A stretch of 64,000 nucleotides of DNA, taken from the NCBI RefSeq assembly GCF_009914755.1, contig NC_060932.1; one strand, given 5' to 3'. A program made the translations under genes and the position numbers. Below, piece by piece: positions 31,190 through 42,832 of this stretch; position 1 is the stretch's first letter, and every line of letters begins with the position of its first letter. The notes under the pieces were generated by a model that was not told where the DNA came from, did no database searches, and saw only the letters and a list, made by a program, of their open reading frames with translations. This stretch comes from the human T2T-CHM13v2.0 reference genome, Homo sapiens.

Positions 31190-31420
31190 TAGCAAGTGTT
31201 AACTTCATTGAATGTTTACTAGTGTTAGGTCTTATGCTAAGCTTTGTACATGAACTATTTGATTGAATGCTTCCCAAATATCCATGGAGCAATTATTAAC
31301 CTCAGTTTGCAGATGGGAAAACTGAGGTGCAGGGAATGTTGCCCAAGGACATACAGTATCCTTGAAGTAGGGGAGCAAGATTGCAGTCCTAGGTAGACTG
31401 ATGCCAGAGACTGAGTTCTT
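31190..31420 (-). mobile_element. MIR SINE
   Basis: 'tttgcagatgggaaaactgaggtgcagggaatgttgcccaaggacatacag'. Confidence 0.8.
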
Positions 31421-31462
31421 ATCCACTTGAGACAAAGTTGCTATCATAGTCTTAGAACCAGT

Positions 31463-31496
31463 TACACACACACACACACGCGCGCGTGCGCGTGCA
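31463..31496. repeat. (CA)n(CG)n alternating purine-pyrimidine tract
   Basis: tacacacacacacacacgcgcgcgtgcgcgtgca. Confidence 0.92.
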
Positions 31497-32332
31497 GATA
31501 ATGCATGTAATGCGTGTTTAAGGAGAAGTTAGCCTTTGGTTCTGGGAAAACACCGGCTAGGAGTCCGGAGCTCTTGAATTTCATTTCTTGTTTGTCTTTT
31601 AAATGACGAAATGTATTTAAATAAAATATCTTACTACTTCATGCCTTGTTCTTCATTAGCAAACGAAGGATTGAATTAGAAAGAAAAATACTTTGGCCTA
31701 TAACCTTCCATGATTCATTGGTTTTATAAAAGAGTGTAGTACCGAAGGTGTTTGAAGCCAGGCGGGCCTCTGGGTTGGATTCTGAGCCATGAATGAGGAC
31801 AGAGCACAGAGCTGGTATCTGTTCTCCCTGTTGGTCTTAATGCTGGGTATGGCTTGTCAGCTGTTGCTTATTTTCCCTGCTCAATCTTTTCTTATCAGAG
31901 GCAGAAGGCATAAAGGATGCCATCTGGGATTGCTTGTTTAGATACAGCATGGTGTTAACAAGTTTCCCTCTCTCTTACGCTTTCTTGTTTATTGCTGGGT
32001 GCAAAGAGCAGCGATACACATGTCCAAATGCAGTCATCGTCCAGGCTCTGTTATTCATCATGAACTTTAGGAGCAAAGGGCAATGGAAGCCACAAGCTCT
32101 GAGTCATCTAGAGGCGGGGCAAGAAGTGCTAGGCTACGAGTGGGTGCTACATTCTGCAGCACCTAGAGGAGCTTCGAGATCAAGTTATTTGAAACTGTGA
32201 AAGACCATGTATGAGATTTTACTGACATCCTTTCTGGGAGTAACAAGAGACTCCACATTCCTTAGAATCTGGTGGCTGGTAAAAACATGGCACTTCTTAA
32301 CCCTGTTAAGAGATTTTGAGTTTACAATATAT

Positions 32333-32930
32333 TACAGTGTTAAGAACGTGGCTTCAGAGTCACAGGATTTCAACCCAAGTTCTGCCACTTGTGAGCTGGT
32401 AGTTAATACTGTATTTGCTCTACCAAGATTCCATTCACCTGGACTTTGCATCTGTAACCAGCTGCTGTGAATGTTGGCTGCTAACTATGGTCACAATTGC
32501 CCCATGTATCCCTTCAGACAATTGTCCTTAGCAAAAATGAAAAGACTTCTCCTAGAAGCCAAAGAATGACTGTTATCTGACACAAAATACCTGTCTCCTT
32601 GCCTCAAGGTGGGACCAAAGCTCTGGTACACTTTGTGCTTTGGTGCTCCCATGGGATCAGGGTGAAGGTAGACTTTAGCTGAGGCCCCAGTCTTCCCCTA
32701 AATAAGTGACTGCTTCTAGCCTGCTTCTATGAAAACTGACCTGAGGCATTAGGTGACTTTGGGAAGTAACTCAGTCTCTCTCTGCTTCAGGTTTCTTCTT
32801 TGTCAAAATGGGATTATATCCCATGGGATTGATATTATTGACCTTACAATTTTGTTCTAAGTATTAAGTGTTCACACGGAGCTTAGCACAATACCTGGCA
32901 CACAGAGTACTTATAGTATCAGTTATGTTA
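32333..32930 (+). mobile_element. MIR SINE split by an LTR insertion
   Basis: tRNA-like head at 32333-32397, core resuming ~32750 ('gtgactttgggaagtaactc'), tail 'tacctggcacacagagtact'. Confidence 0.75.
32397..32748 (+). mobile_element. LTR16-like ERVL solo LTR
   Basis: 'cttgcctcaaggtgggacc...ctcccatgggatcagggtgaaggtagact', ending 'gacctgaggca'. Confidence 0.7.
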
Positions 32931-33929
32931 TTTGCTAGGCTATTAGCTATATGGATTGGAGATTCTGATAAAGTGACACCTTCTCAAACATTTGGGAACA
33001 CCAGCAAAAAGGCTGGTTTAGCTCCCCCACTCTGGAATGAGAGTAGTTATTGCTTGAATATCCTGGCTCCTAATTAGATTTTTTAAAAGGCAGAGAGGGG
33101 AACAATCTCAACTGAGTCAGAGGAAAGATCTTGAGCTCCTAGTGCTCAGCCCTCATGCTACAAAGTGAGGCATCTGTGCGCTGTGTGTCCCTCTGTGTGC
33201 TTATAGCTGCTGGCAGCAGTCTCCGTTTGTGCAATGGAAAACATTGCTCTCTTCAGACAGAAAAAACATATATATATAATAAGTCTCCATACTGCTAGTG
33301 TCTAAATTAAGAAATGTAAAAGCCAATTCATGTAAGCCAGCAGGCAAAACCAACAGCAGTGCTGGCTGTGAAAAGAGCAGACTTCCCAGACGCGGCGCCT
33401 TCAGTGGTGCCTCCCCTATTGTGCTTGTGGGTCCTTTCCAAGTTGAACATCAGAAACTGCATGGTACCTTGAGACAGATGTTCTTTCAGAACACAGTTAA
33501 TTAAGTGAGGGTCAAAGAAATAAGGGGGGTTTAGTGTTGCTAGAATAGGTGAAGAGAAACAAATTTCAAAATAGGGCTAACTATGCCAATCAAAGAACCC
33601 ATAACAAGGAATTCTGATGGTCCTTGCAAAACTTCCTCTGCAATTGTGGTGTTAATAAAGCCCACCTACTATTTATCAACTGTTAGTGATATCTTTCCTT
33701 GGACCCTTACCTGCTAGGCAAGAGAGATTGCAGCCATTTGTTCATTCAATTAATAAAATTTTCTCCTTGAGAATATGCCAACCAGCCTATACTGTGCTTT
33801 AAGACAGAACCGCAGGAAAACAGACACCATCCCTTGGCTCATCAGTGTTGCAAAACAGAACTTAACTGGTAACACCCAAAGCTGAGTTTCCACCTGCCAG
33901 GAAATTTTGGTGACCTGTAAAAACTGTGT

Positions 33930-34030
33930 ACAGCTGGACTATAAAATTCCTAAGACAAGGGAGCTGTTTTTTTAACTGACCAGCTAGCATGGTGCTTGGT
34001 ACATAGTAAGTGCTCAACTAACACAATACT
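33930..34030 (+). mobile_element. L2 3' end
   Basis: 'agcatggtgcttggtacatagtaagtgctcaa'. Confidence 0.6.
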
Positions 34031-34168
34031 TGAGTTGATTTCCCAATCCATTTATGATATCTGGAAGAACTCGTATAGGCATGTACTATAGTTCAGCTAA
34101 AATAAACCCATGTTGCATTTTGCTCCATTTCATCTTCAGCACCGCCAGTGCTGAATCTGAGGAGGGTC

Positions 34169-34640
34169 TGTCATAGTTTCCCAGGGCTGCCATAGCAAAG
34201 TATCACACACTGGGTGACTCGCAAAAAAAGAGTTATTCTTCCACAGTTCCAGTGGCCAGTAGTCCAAAATCAAGATGTCTGCGGGTTTGCTTCCTTCTGG
34301 AGTCTCTGGGGGAGAATCTTTTCCCCACGTCTTTCCTAGTTCCTGGTAGCTGCCGGCAATCCTCAGTGTTCCTATAGTTTCATTCCTATGGTTCCTATAG
34401 TGCCTACAGTTGCATCACTCTAATCTCTGCCTCAGTCTTCACATGGTCTTCTTTTCTGTGTGTCTTCTCCCTTTTCTTCTCTCATAAAGATATTTGTCAT
34501 TGATTTAGAGCCCACCCTAAGTCAACATGATCTCACCTGAAGTTTCTCAACAATTACATCTGCAAAGTCCTTTTTTCCAAATAAGATCATATTCACAGAT
34601 TGGACATATCTTTTGAGAGGCCACCATTCAGCCTAGTACA
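34169..34640 (-). mobile_element. MLT1B/C (ERVL-MaLR) solo LTR
   Basis: 'tgtcatagtttcccagggctgccatagcaaagtatcacacactggg'...'ccattcagcctagtaca'; 5-bp TSD gggtc/gagtc. Confidence 0.88.
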
Positions 34641-35962
34641 GAGTCCTAAAGTTTCAAGTGAATTACTGGGAGTGGCATTTGCCTAGCAAACCACAGACCC
34701 AATATTTAGGATCAGCCACGAATGATTGTGAGGACAAATGGGACTTGGAATGAATGAGTCATATAAACCAAGTGAATAAGTATTGAAATCCAGCCAATGG
34801 ATCATCTCCTTCTAACCTGAGGCTACAGCCAATCCAATTTTTTAGCCATTTCCTCCTCTTTCATCCACATTTTTTTTTTCTTCTCTTGACTTTCTTATTT
34901 CAGTGGCATGGTAGCGGGCATTTGGACAGATGTCACCTGATGCTTTATCTTATCCTTTGAAATAGAGAAATTCCTAATTCCACTGCTTATATTTCTCCCT
35001 TACACCTTTCTCTGATATTCTGATCAAACTTTTTCGTTTCATGTCTTTTTTTCTGTTGAAGCTATATATAATCTTTTGGATTTGAGCAAAATATGATGTC
35101 CTTATTTCTAACCTTTCCTCTCTTAAACTCAGTTTGCTTTAAGAACTCACCAACATGCCTGTTAAGGAGGTACTATTCCTTCTTATGTGGAAACAGAATT
35201 TCAAAAGAGAGCCCCTGTTAGAAAACAAAACAGAACTTCTCGTTTCTTTTTCTTTGTACATGCTTCTTATCAAGAATATATACTCCACAATAAAAAATCA
35301 TGTTGCTAAGAAAGCCCAGTTAGTTTCTTTTGAGAATCTGATTTGAGTACACTAATGTGTGAATTGAATCCGAGAGAAAAATAATTCTTCTTTAATGACA
35401 TATGTCTGCTAATTTGTCCAGCAGCCATAGACAGGCCGAACAAAGATAAAACTGCAAATTCAAACCTTATGCTTGGTGTGAACTGCTGATGTTGAGCTTT
35501 TCCTCCTTTGCTGATCAATTTGACCTGTTTCGTGACAGCGGAACCAGAAGAAATCATTGGAAAAATTTTGGAGATTGAGTTTTCTCCCAGACGGTAGCTG
35601 TCACCACTTGTTCAGGGTTTTATCACCTTAGAAACTCTGCCAGGAGAGGACACACCCAGGTCTGAGCTGATGGGCTGGACTTGCCCTCTTGTTTGTCATG
35701 AGCAAACTTGATCATTTTAGTGATCTTAAATGTAAGCCACCTTCTCACTCAGTACTTAAAGTCTGCTGGAGAAAAGACACAAACTTGATTTTCTTCTCTG
35801 TCTAACCAGACTGATCACTGTGTCATTTCAGAGATACTTTATTCATATGGGAGATTAAAAAGAGAGTATCTTTGTCCTTGCTTTAAAATGTTGATCTAAT
35901 CAAAGCTTCTTATTACTCTTTTGCAGTGATCTCTTCTCTCCAGCACTCTTCCTAAGCTCACC

Positions 35963-35988
35963 TTTTTTTTTTTTTTTTTTTTTTTTTT
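35963..35988. repeat. (T)26 homopolymer
   Basis: Direct reading. Confidence 0.95.
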
Positions 35989-37513
35989 AGCCAAGGTACA
36001 TTTTGCACTTTATGTTCCATCTGCCTGTAAATTTCTACCTTTGAACTGACCAAAGTACCCTAGCGAATGTTTCACAAAATAAGCCTAGGTTGCTTAAGAC
36101 CTACTTTTAGCTGAGCATCAATTTTTTTTTTCGCCTTAAGAAACTGTGCAGAGCCAAGGATAGTGCCATAATAGAGTGTTTCATAAGTAAATTTCCCCTA
36201 TATTGTGTTGTTTTATTCACAATTTGGATTCAGAGTTGCTTCTGAGATGATCAGTTCCTCCTGTATTCAGGCAATATAACCCTTCTCTACAGGAAAAGAC
36301 AAAAAGCAGAAAAAAAGCAAGAAAAAGTTCACACACAAGCGATTCTGTTTCTTTACATCAGTGTTTGGTCTCAAACTGTATCTGGAAGGCCAATTAGTAC
36401 ACATTTCCTCAGGGCACCTGGGAGTAAGTATGAGGAGAGAGAATTTATTTTCTTGGTTTTCCTAATCCTCCTGCTGCTTGTTTTCATCAGATAGAGAGGC
36501 CATTAAACATTATGTAGCCCAAGCAGATTTTAGAGGCACAGAGATGGGCTTCCTTTGGCCCATCAAGAAAGCTCTTTCAGAAATGTGTTTTGAGCCCTTT
36601 GACAAACTTTGGGCATCATCAACTCCTGCTGCTTTTCCTCTCTTCCCTCCCCCTCAGTCATCTCTCCCCTTCATGCCCTCTCTCTTACAGCGAGCTCCCT
36701 GTTTTCAGCTGAGTCACAGCAGCTGGCTGGCACCTCCAGGGTCATACTGTACGTAACACAGAATACTCTCTGTTGGCTACCATGGTGCTTCAAAAGAGGG
36801 GCTGTGGCAGCCGCTGAAAAGCATCCTGGGTACTCCAGCCGAGCGCTTCTTTGAAGCCCTGGAGCAAGCGGCAGGCAGAAGGAGCCAGGGACAGTTCAGG
36901 GATCCAAAGTTCCTGGATAACATGGTTTCACTGAGCCCCAGGGCTCCTGCTGCCGCCGAGATGCTGCTCAGAAGCAAATCCTGAAGAAATTCAGAACAAA
37001 ATCCAGACAGACAGAAGCAGAAGCCTATGGCCTCTGCAAGCCAATGGCTGCCAAGAAATAGTCTTAAAAGTGCCAGAGCTTTGGCAAAAGGCCTCGAGCT
37101 CTGCCCGCGGGTGAATAGGGAGTAGGAGTGGTGGTCACATTCTCTTTTTCCAGTCAACTGGATTGTGCCTGGGCACGGAAGAGCACATGTGGAATCGGGG
37201 AGAAATAATCTATCACTTTCTCTCCTGAAAACAAATGCTGGCCTGTTTAAGCAGAATATATGTCCTAACCCGGTGGAACAATGCAGATTTCCAGCGTTAA
37301 AAACACCATCTTTTGGCTTTCAGATACTTAGGACTGGACTGCTCCCAATTTCCAAAAACTGTCTGAAGCCTGAATATTTTATGAACTGTAGAACCTACAG
37401 CCCTCTGGTTGATTTATTTGTTCTTTCTTCCCACTCCTCCCCGACATTATTGATTCCTATCTGATTCTTGTTCTAAGAAACTTTTATTTTACAAATTTAT
37501 AAACCAAATATAG

Positions 37514-37635
37514 TGATGATGATGATGATGATATCCAAGCCATGGAGAATTCTTTCTGCAGGATGCTGGAAGAATATTTATAGATTAATATTAACAGTAT
37601 TTTATATGTGTTTGTGTGTGTGTGTGTGTGTGTGT
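37514..37635. repeat. (GAT)6 at 37514-37532 and (TG)n at 37614-37635
   Basis: Direct reading. Confidence 0.85.
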
Positions 37636-38599
37636 TTTAACATACTCTTTGGCCTCAAAACAAACCCAGCTGAAGAAGCAATTGATCCTACATGGAAAAT
37701 TTCAAATCATGAAGAGCCTGGTGTCGCATTCAAAACACGGCTAGTTGAAAAAAAAGTGAAACAAATTTGTCTTCGCAGCTATACCCTCCACACAAACACT
37801 GAGTGGTAGAAGAAGTTAAAAAGACAAAATGATAAGAGGGCAGCAGTTGCTTTTTGTAGCTTCTTGGAGACATTAATATAAATGTATAAAGCCAAATACC
37901 ATGGTATATTCAAACACAAAGAGAATCCTAAAAATACAGCAATGAAGCACATCATCTAAAATATTTATGCTTTTTTTTTCAATGAAAGAAGCTCAGTGAA
38001 ATATAAGAGACAGGATATTTTACCTGAAATGCCAAATTTTTAACTAGGATGGTTTTCTTCAGCTGTCAATGCCAAAGAAAGACAAAGTTAACCAAAGTAT
38101 CCCTTAGAAAACAGTGACTAGCAAAGCAAAAAGTGACACTTGAGATGAGCCCCTGGGGAGTTATTAGTAATTGCTGTTCTGAGAAGTTAATACCTACAAT
38201 GTGTGACAGAACAGGTTCACCTTGCACTCAACACGTTAAAATGTTTTCATTCCTGGCTAAGCCATTTTTAATAAACAAAATAAATTATAATTGATCGGCT
38301 AGAAGCCAGATAATTCATCAGCGAAACAGGTGTAAATATTTTAGAATGTATGATCAGCCTGTACTTAAAATTCTGAACTATTTTTCCCTCATAAGAAAAA
38401 TCTATATTTTCCTTTTAAACATTATGAGAAAAAAAAAAAAAACAGTTCTTATACATCTTGCCTGCCTGCTGAACGTGTCCTTTGAGAAAAACATAAATTC
38501 AGAGAAGCTCAAGATTTTCTCTTCTGAAAGCCTTCAAAATGCATATGGGCTGAGTGAGTGTATCTCTCTATTATACTATTAGTACAAAGGACCTTAAAT

Positions 38600-38785
38600 G
38601 TATCACTACTAAAATATTTTCACATAGCATATAATTATTATGACTTATGGGTCTCACCCATCAGACAGTGAGATACCTAAGTTAGAAACTAATATATGCA
38701 TATTCATTTGTGGATTCTCAGAACATAGCACAATGTCCAGTACTCCAGTAGTTGGTAGATGTTCAATAAAATCTTTGTTGAGTAA
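38600..38785 (+). mobile_element. L2 3' end
   Basis: 'agacagtgagatacc...catagcacaatg...tagatgttcaataaaatctttgttgagt'. Confidence 0.6.
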
Positions 38786-38789
38786 AAAT

Positions 38790-38965
38790 TGCCTGACATT
38801 GTACTAAAATTTTTTACATCTATCATTTCATTTAATCCCCTTGACAACCCCAGGAAAGAAATAGTATTATTTATATCCATTTTGTAGATGAGGAAACTGA
38901 GGTCATCAAAAAATTAAAGAACTTGCCTGAGGTTACACAGTAAAGAGCTGGAGCTCAACTCCAAG
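38790..38965 (-). mobile_element. MIR SINE
   Basis: 'ccattttgtagatgaggaaactgaggtc...aacttgcctgaggttacacag'. Confidence 0.85.
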
Positions 38966-39910
38966 TACGGCCAGACTGGCCAGCCCTCATGATGATGCAG
39001 CTGAAGAAAGAAATGAGGTCAGAGTCTCCTCTTTAACTCATGAATGACATTGTGCTTATTTGTGTGTGTGTATATGTGAGTGTGGGTGCGTGTGTGTACA
39101 CGGCTTCTTGTTTCATGTCCATATTTCTCATTCCTGCAAATCTGCTTTTCTCAGACTAATCCAATACTGTCAATGGCTGAGGTCCCAGGTCATTAAATTG
39201 CCTCCGTGAAACTAATTTTGATTAGGCCTGACTGGTGCCACTTTTCGCTAAACTATTATAACTATTATAAGTTGGCATTTGGTTATCATGAGGTCTGCTG
39301 ATGGTCTTATACTGATTTTTCTGGCCTTTCCTACCGGATTATACTTTTCTTGAAGTACTGAGGTATAATTGATATATTTACAGTATATTTAAAGTATATC
39401 ATTTGATAAGTTTTGATATATACACCTGTGAAACTATTATCACAATCAAGATAATAAGCATATTCTTCATACCAATAGTTTCCTTGGGTCCCTTTGTCAT
39501 TCATCATTGCTTCTTACCATAACCACGGGGAACAGCTGATCTATTTTCTGTCACTAGAGATTAGTTTGCATGTTCTAGAAATTTATATAATTAGACTCAT
39601 ACAGTGTGGATTCAATTTTACCTGGCCTCTTTCACTCAGTATAACTATTTTTCAGATTCATTCATTTTGTTGCATGTTTCACTAGTTGATTTATTTTTGT
39701 TGCTGAATAGTATTCCATTTTATGGCTATATGACAAATTGTTTACCCATTAATCTGTGGGTGGACATTTGCATTACTTCCTGTTGGGCCACTACAGATAA
39801 AGCTGCTATGATCATTTGTGTACTGAGCATTCATTTACAAGTCTTTGTGTGGACATTACTTTAATTTCTCTTGGGTAAATACCTAGGAGTAGAATGGCTA
39901 CATCATATGT

Positions 39911-40245
39911 ATTTTTATTTTTTTATTATTTTTTATTTCATTTTTAGAGCCAAATATTGTTTTATTGAAGAAAAACAAAACAAAACAAAAACAGAAAATT
40001 GTTTCCTGAGACAAATGACACAGCCGATATGTTTTCAGTAATAATGAGAACAAATATTTATTCTTATGTTTAAAATTTGTGGAAAAGTGCTTTACATTTA
40101 ATAAAAGTGTGTTTCTCAAAGTAATCCAAGGAAGTAAGCACAATCCTGAACACCAATTTTGACTACTTTTAGGCCTACAAAAAGACTTAGACAGCCACAG
40201 TAATAGTGGGGGACTTCAACACCCAACTTACAGGTTAGACAGATC
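39911..40245 (-). other. Polyadenylated retro-insertion of non-repeat sequence fused to an inverted L1 ORF2 fragment
   Basis: T-rich tail 39912-39945; minus-strand AATAAA at 39961-39966, 15 nt from the tail; plus-strand L1 EN fragment at 40171-40247; flanks atcatatgt/atcattatgt. Confidence 0.6.
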
Positions 40246-42832
40246 ATTATGTGCTAGTTAAGAAATCTCTGCCAAGTTCAGTCATTATTTACAGTAGTTT
40301 TTGAGTAATTACATAGCTTTAGCTCTCATATTTAGGTTTGCAATTGATTTCGAGCTAGCAATGATGAATGGTGTGAGGTAGAGGTCTATGTTCATTGTCT
40401 TTGCATGATTATCCAACATTTCTGCCATAATTAAAATTTAAAAATAATTTTGTTAAAAATAAATTGACCATACATGTGTGCTTTATTTCTGAATTCTATT
40501 TTGGTCCATTTATCTATATTCCTTTCTTCACACCAACAATATACTGCATTTATTACTCTAGGCTTTTAATAAATTTTGTAATCAGGTAGTATGAGTCCTA
40601 ACATTTTGTTTTTCTTTTTCAAATTTGATTTGGTAATGATAGGGCATTTAATTTTCATATAAATTTTAGAATCAGCTTGCCAAGTTTCATAAAACATCTG
40701 CTGGGATTTTGATTGGGATGGTATTTAATCTTTAGATAATTTGGAGAAAATTGACTTCATAACAAAATTAGGTTTCTTAATCCTTGGGCAAGGAATATCT
40801 CTCAATTCATTTAGGCTTTTAATTTATCTTACAGATGTTTTGGAGTATTCTTGCATATTTTTTCAAATGTTATTCTAAGTATTTCACATGTTAGTGCTAT
40901 TGTAAATAATATTTTCATATTTTAATTTTCATTTTTTCAGGGCTAGTATAATAAAAATATGATTGATTTTGTATATCATGTGTATGTACTACAAAATTGC
41001 TAAATTCACCGGTTCTAATAAGCTTTTTTGGTACATTACTTAGGAGTTTTTACATAGACAATCATATATTCTAACAATAAAAAAACTTTAACTCCTTTTC
41101 TACTTGCTTATGGCACTAACTAGAACCTGTGATACAATGTCGAACAGAAGCGGTAAGATTGTACATTCCTACATTTTTCCCAATCTCGTGAGGAAAACAT
41201 TTAGCTGCTATGATCACATTTAATATGATATTAACTGCAAGAGTTTTGATGATATCCTTTATTACGTTAAGGAAGTTCCCTTTTATTTGTAGTTTGCTCA
41301 GAGTGTTTATCATGAATGGCTGCTGAATTCTATCAGACGTTTCTTCTGCTTCTATTAAGATGATCATATGTTTCTTCTTTCTCATTTTAGTCTATTATAT
41401 TATTATAAAAATATTAGATAGCAATATATTAACTCCGTCAAATACAGCAAGTGTCAACTCATTTTAAGACATCCTCTTTACTCAGGTTTGTAAGAAACTA
41501 GAGTATGGAAATCACTTTTGGGAGAACAATTTCTCTACTACCCAATGAATCATGGGAGAGACTTTTTCAGAGAACACTTTTGAGAGAACAATTTCTCTGC
41601 TACCCAAGGAATCATGTCATATTAACATTGATTGTAATTCTGCTACTACTGCCTGATAGTATACGTTAAATGGTTTTTAAAAATATATTAGTTGAAAGTA
41701 TTTGAAGACTGTTCTCATCTTAATTCTCCATGCAGTATCTGACCGGTAAATCCATAATGAAAATGTTACTTTCATTTGGTTTTCCTCCTTCAAAGGAAAC
41801 TAACTTTAACACAGATTTTTTTTCTCAAAGAGTCACAAATGTAAAATGTACTTATTAAATGTAAAATTTTACTGATTGTGATTTTAAATTTTGAGTATTA
41901 AACTAACTTTTCATTATTGGGGAAAAACCATTTGGCCATAATGTATTATTATTATTAAAATTGATTTTGAAAAACGTTAAAAATTTTTGCATCTATGTTC
42001 GTGAGGGATATTGGTCTGTAGTTTTCTTGTAATATATTTGGTTTGGTATCTGTAATACCCATCTCCCAGGATGCATTGGGAAATATTCTATATTCTCTCA
42101 TGTTTGCAAGAGGTTAGGTAGTATTGATATTATTTATTCTTAAATAGTTGATAGAACCCATCTCGGATTCCATCTTGGCCAGGAGTTTTATTTGCAGGAA
42201 GATTTTGTATAAGAAATCCTAAACAATTTGTTCAATTTATTTAATTTGTTGAATTTAGTAGTATAAAATTATTTGTTATATTCAGTTTTTATCCTTTTTA
42301 TGTCTGTAGTATCTCTAAAAATGTCCCCTCATCTCGTTCCTGATATTGGTAATTTGTGTTTTCTCTTATTTCTGATCAATCAGGCTAGCATTTTTTATCA
42401 CTTTTATTAATCTTTTCAAAGAACAGCTTTTCATTTAATTGATTTTTTTCTATTGGTTTTCTGTTTTCTATTTTTTTCTTTCTGCTCTAACTTTACTATT
42501 TCCCTTTTCTGCTCTCATTTCCTTTCTGTTTACTTTAATTTCCTCATATTATTCCAGCTGTTAAAGGTAGAATCTTAGTTCATTGATTAGCATTTTTTTC
42601 TGTTATAAACATTTAATACTGTAAATTTTTAAGCACGGCACCACAAATTTTATTATGTCATGTCCTTATTTTCATTTTATTCAGTCCAAGATACCTTGTA
42701 ATTTCTCTTTTGATTTATTGTTTGATCCAGGGGTCATGTCTCCTTTTATAGTTTGTGTTTATAGTAAGGTATCTAAAAAGTTTTATGGTTTTATATTTTA
42801 CATTTAGATTTATACTAAATTTTGAGCAAATT

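Noticed and set aside
33388-33412. CTCF-like motif (minus strand CCACTGAAGGCGC)
   Set aside because: One base short of consensus spacing, with core mismatches.
41513-41616. CRISPR-like repeat-spacer-repeat
   Set aside because: Only two copies, eukaryotic DNA, no cas genes, and the spacer resembles the repeat.
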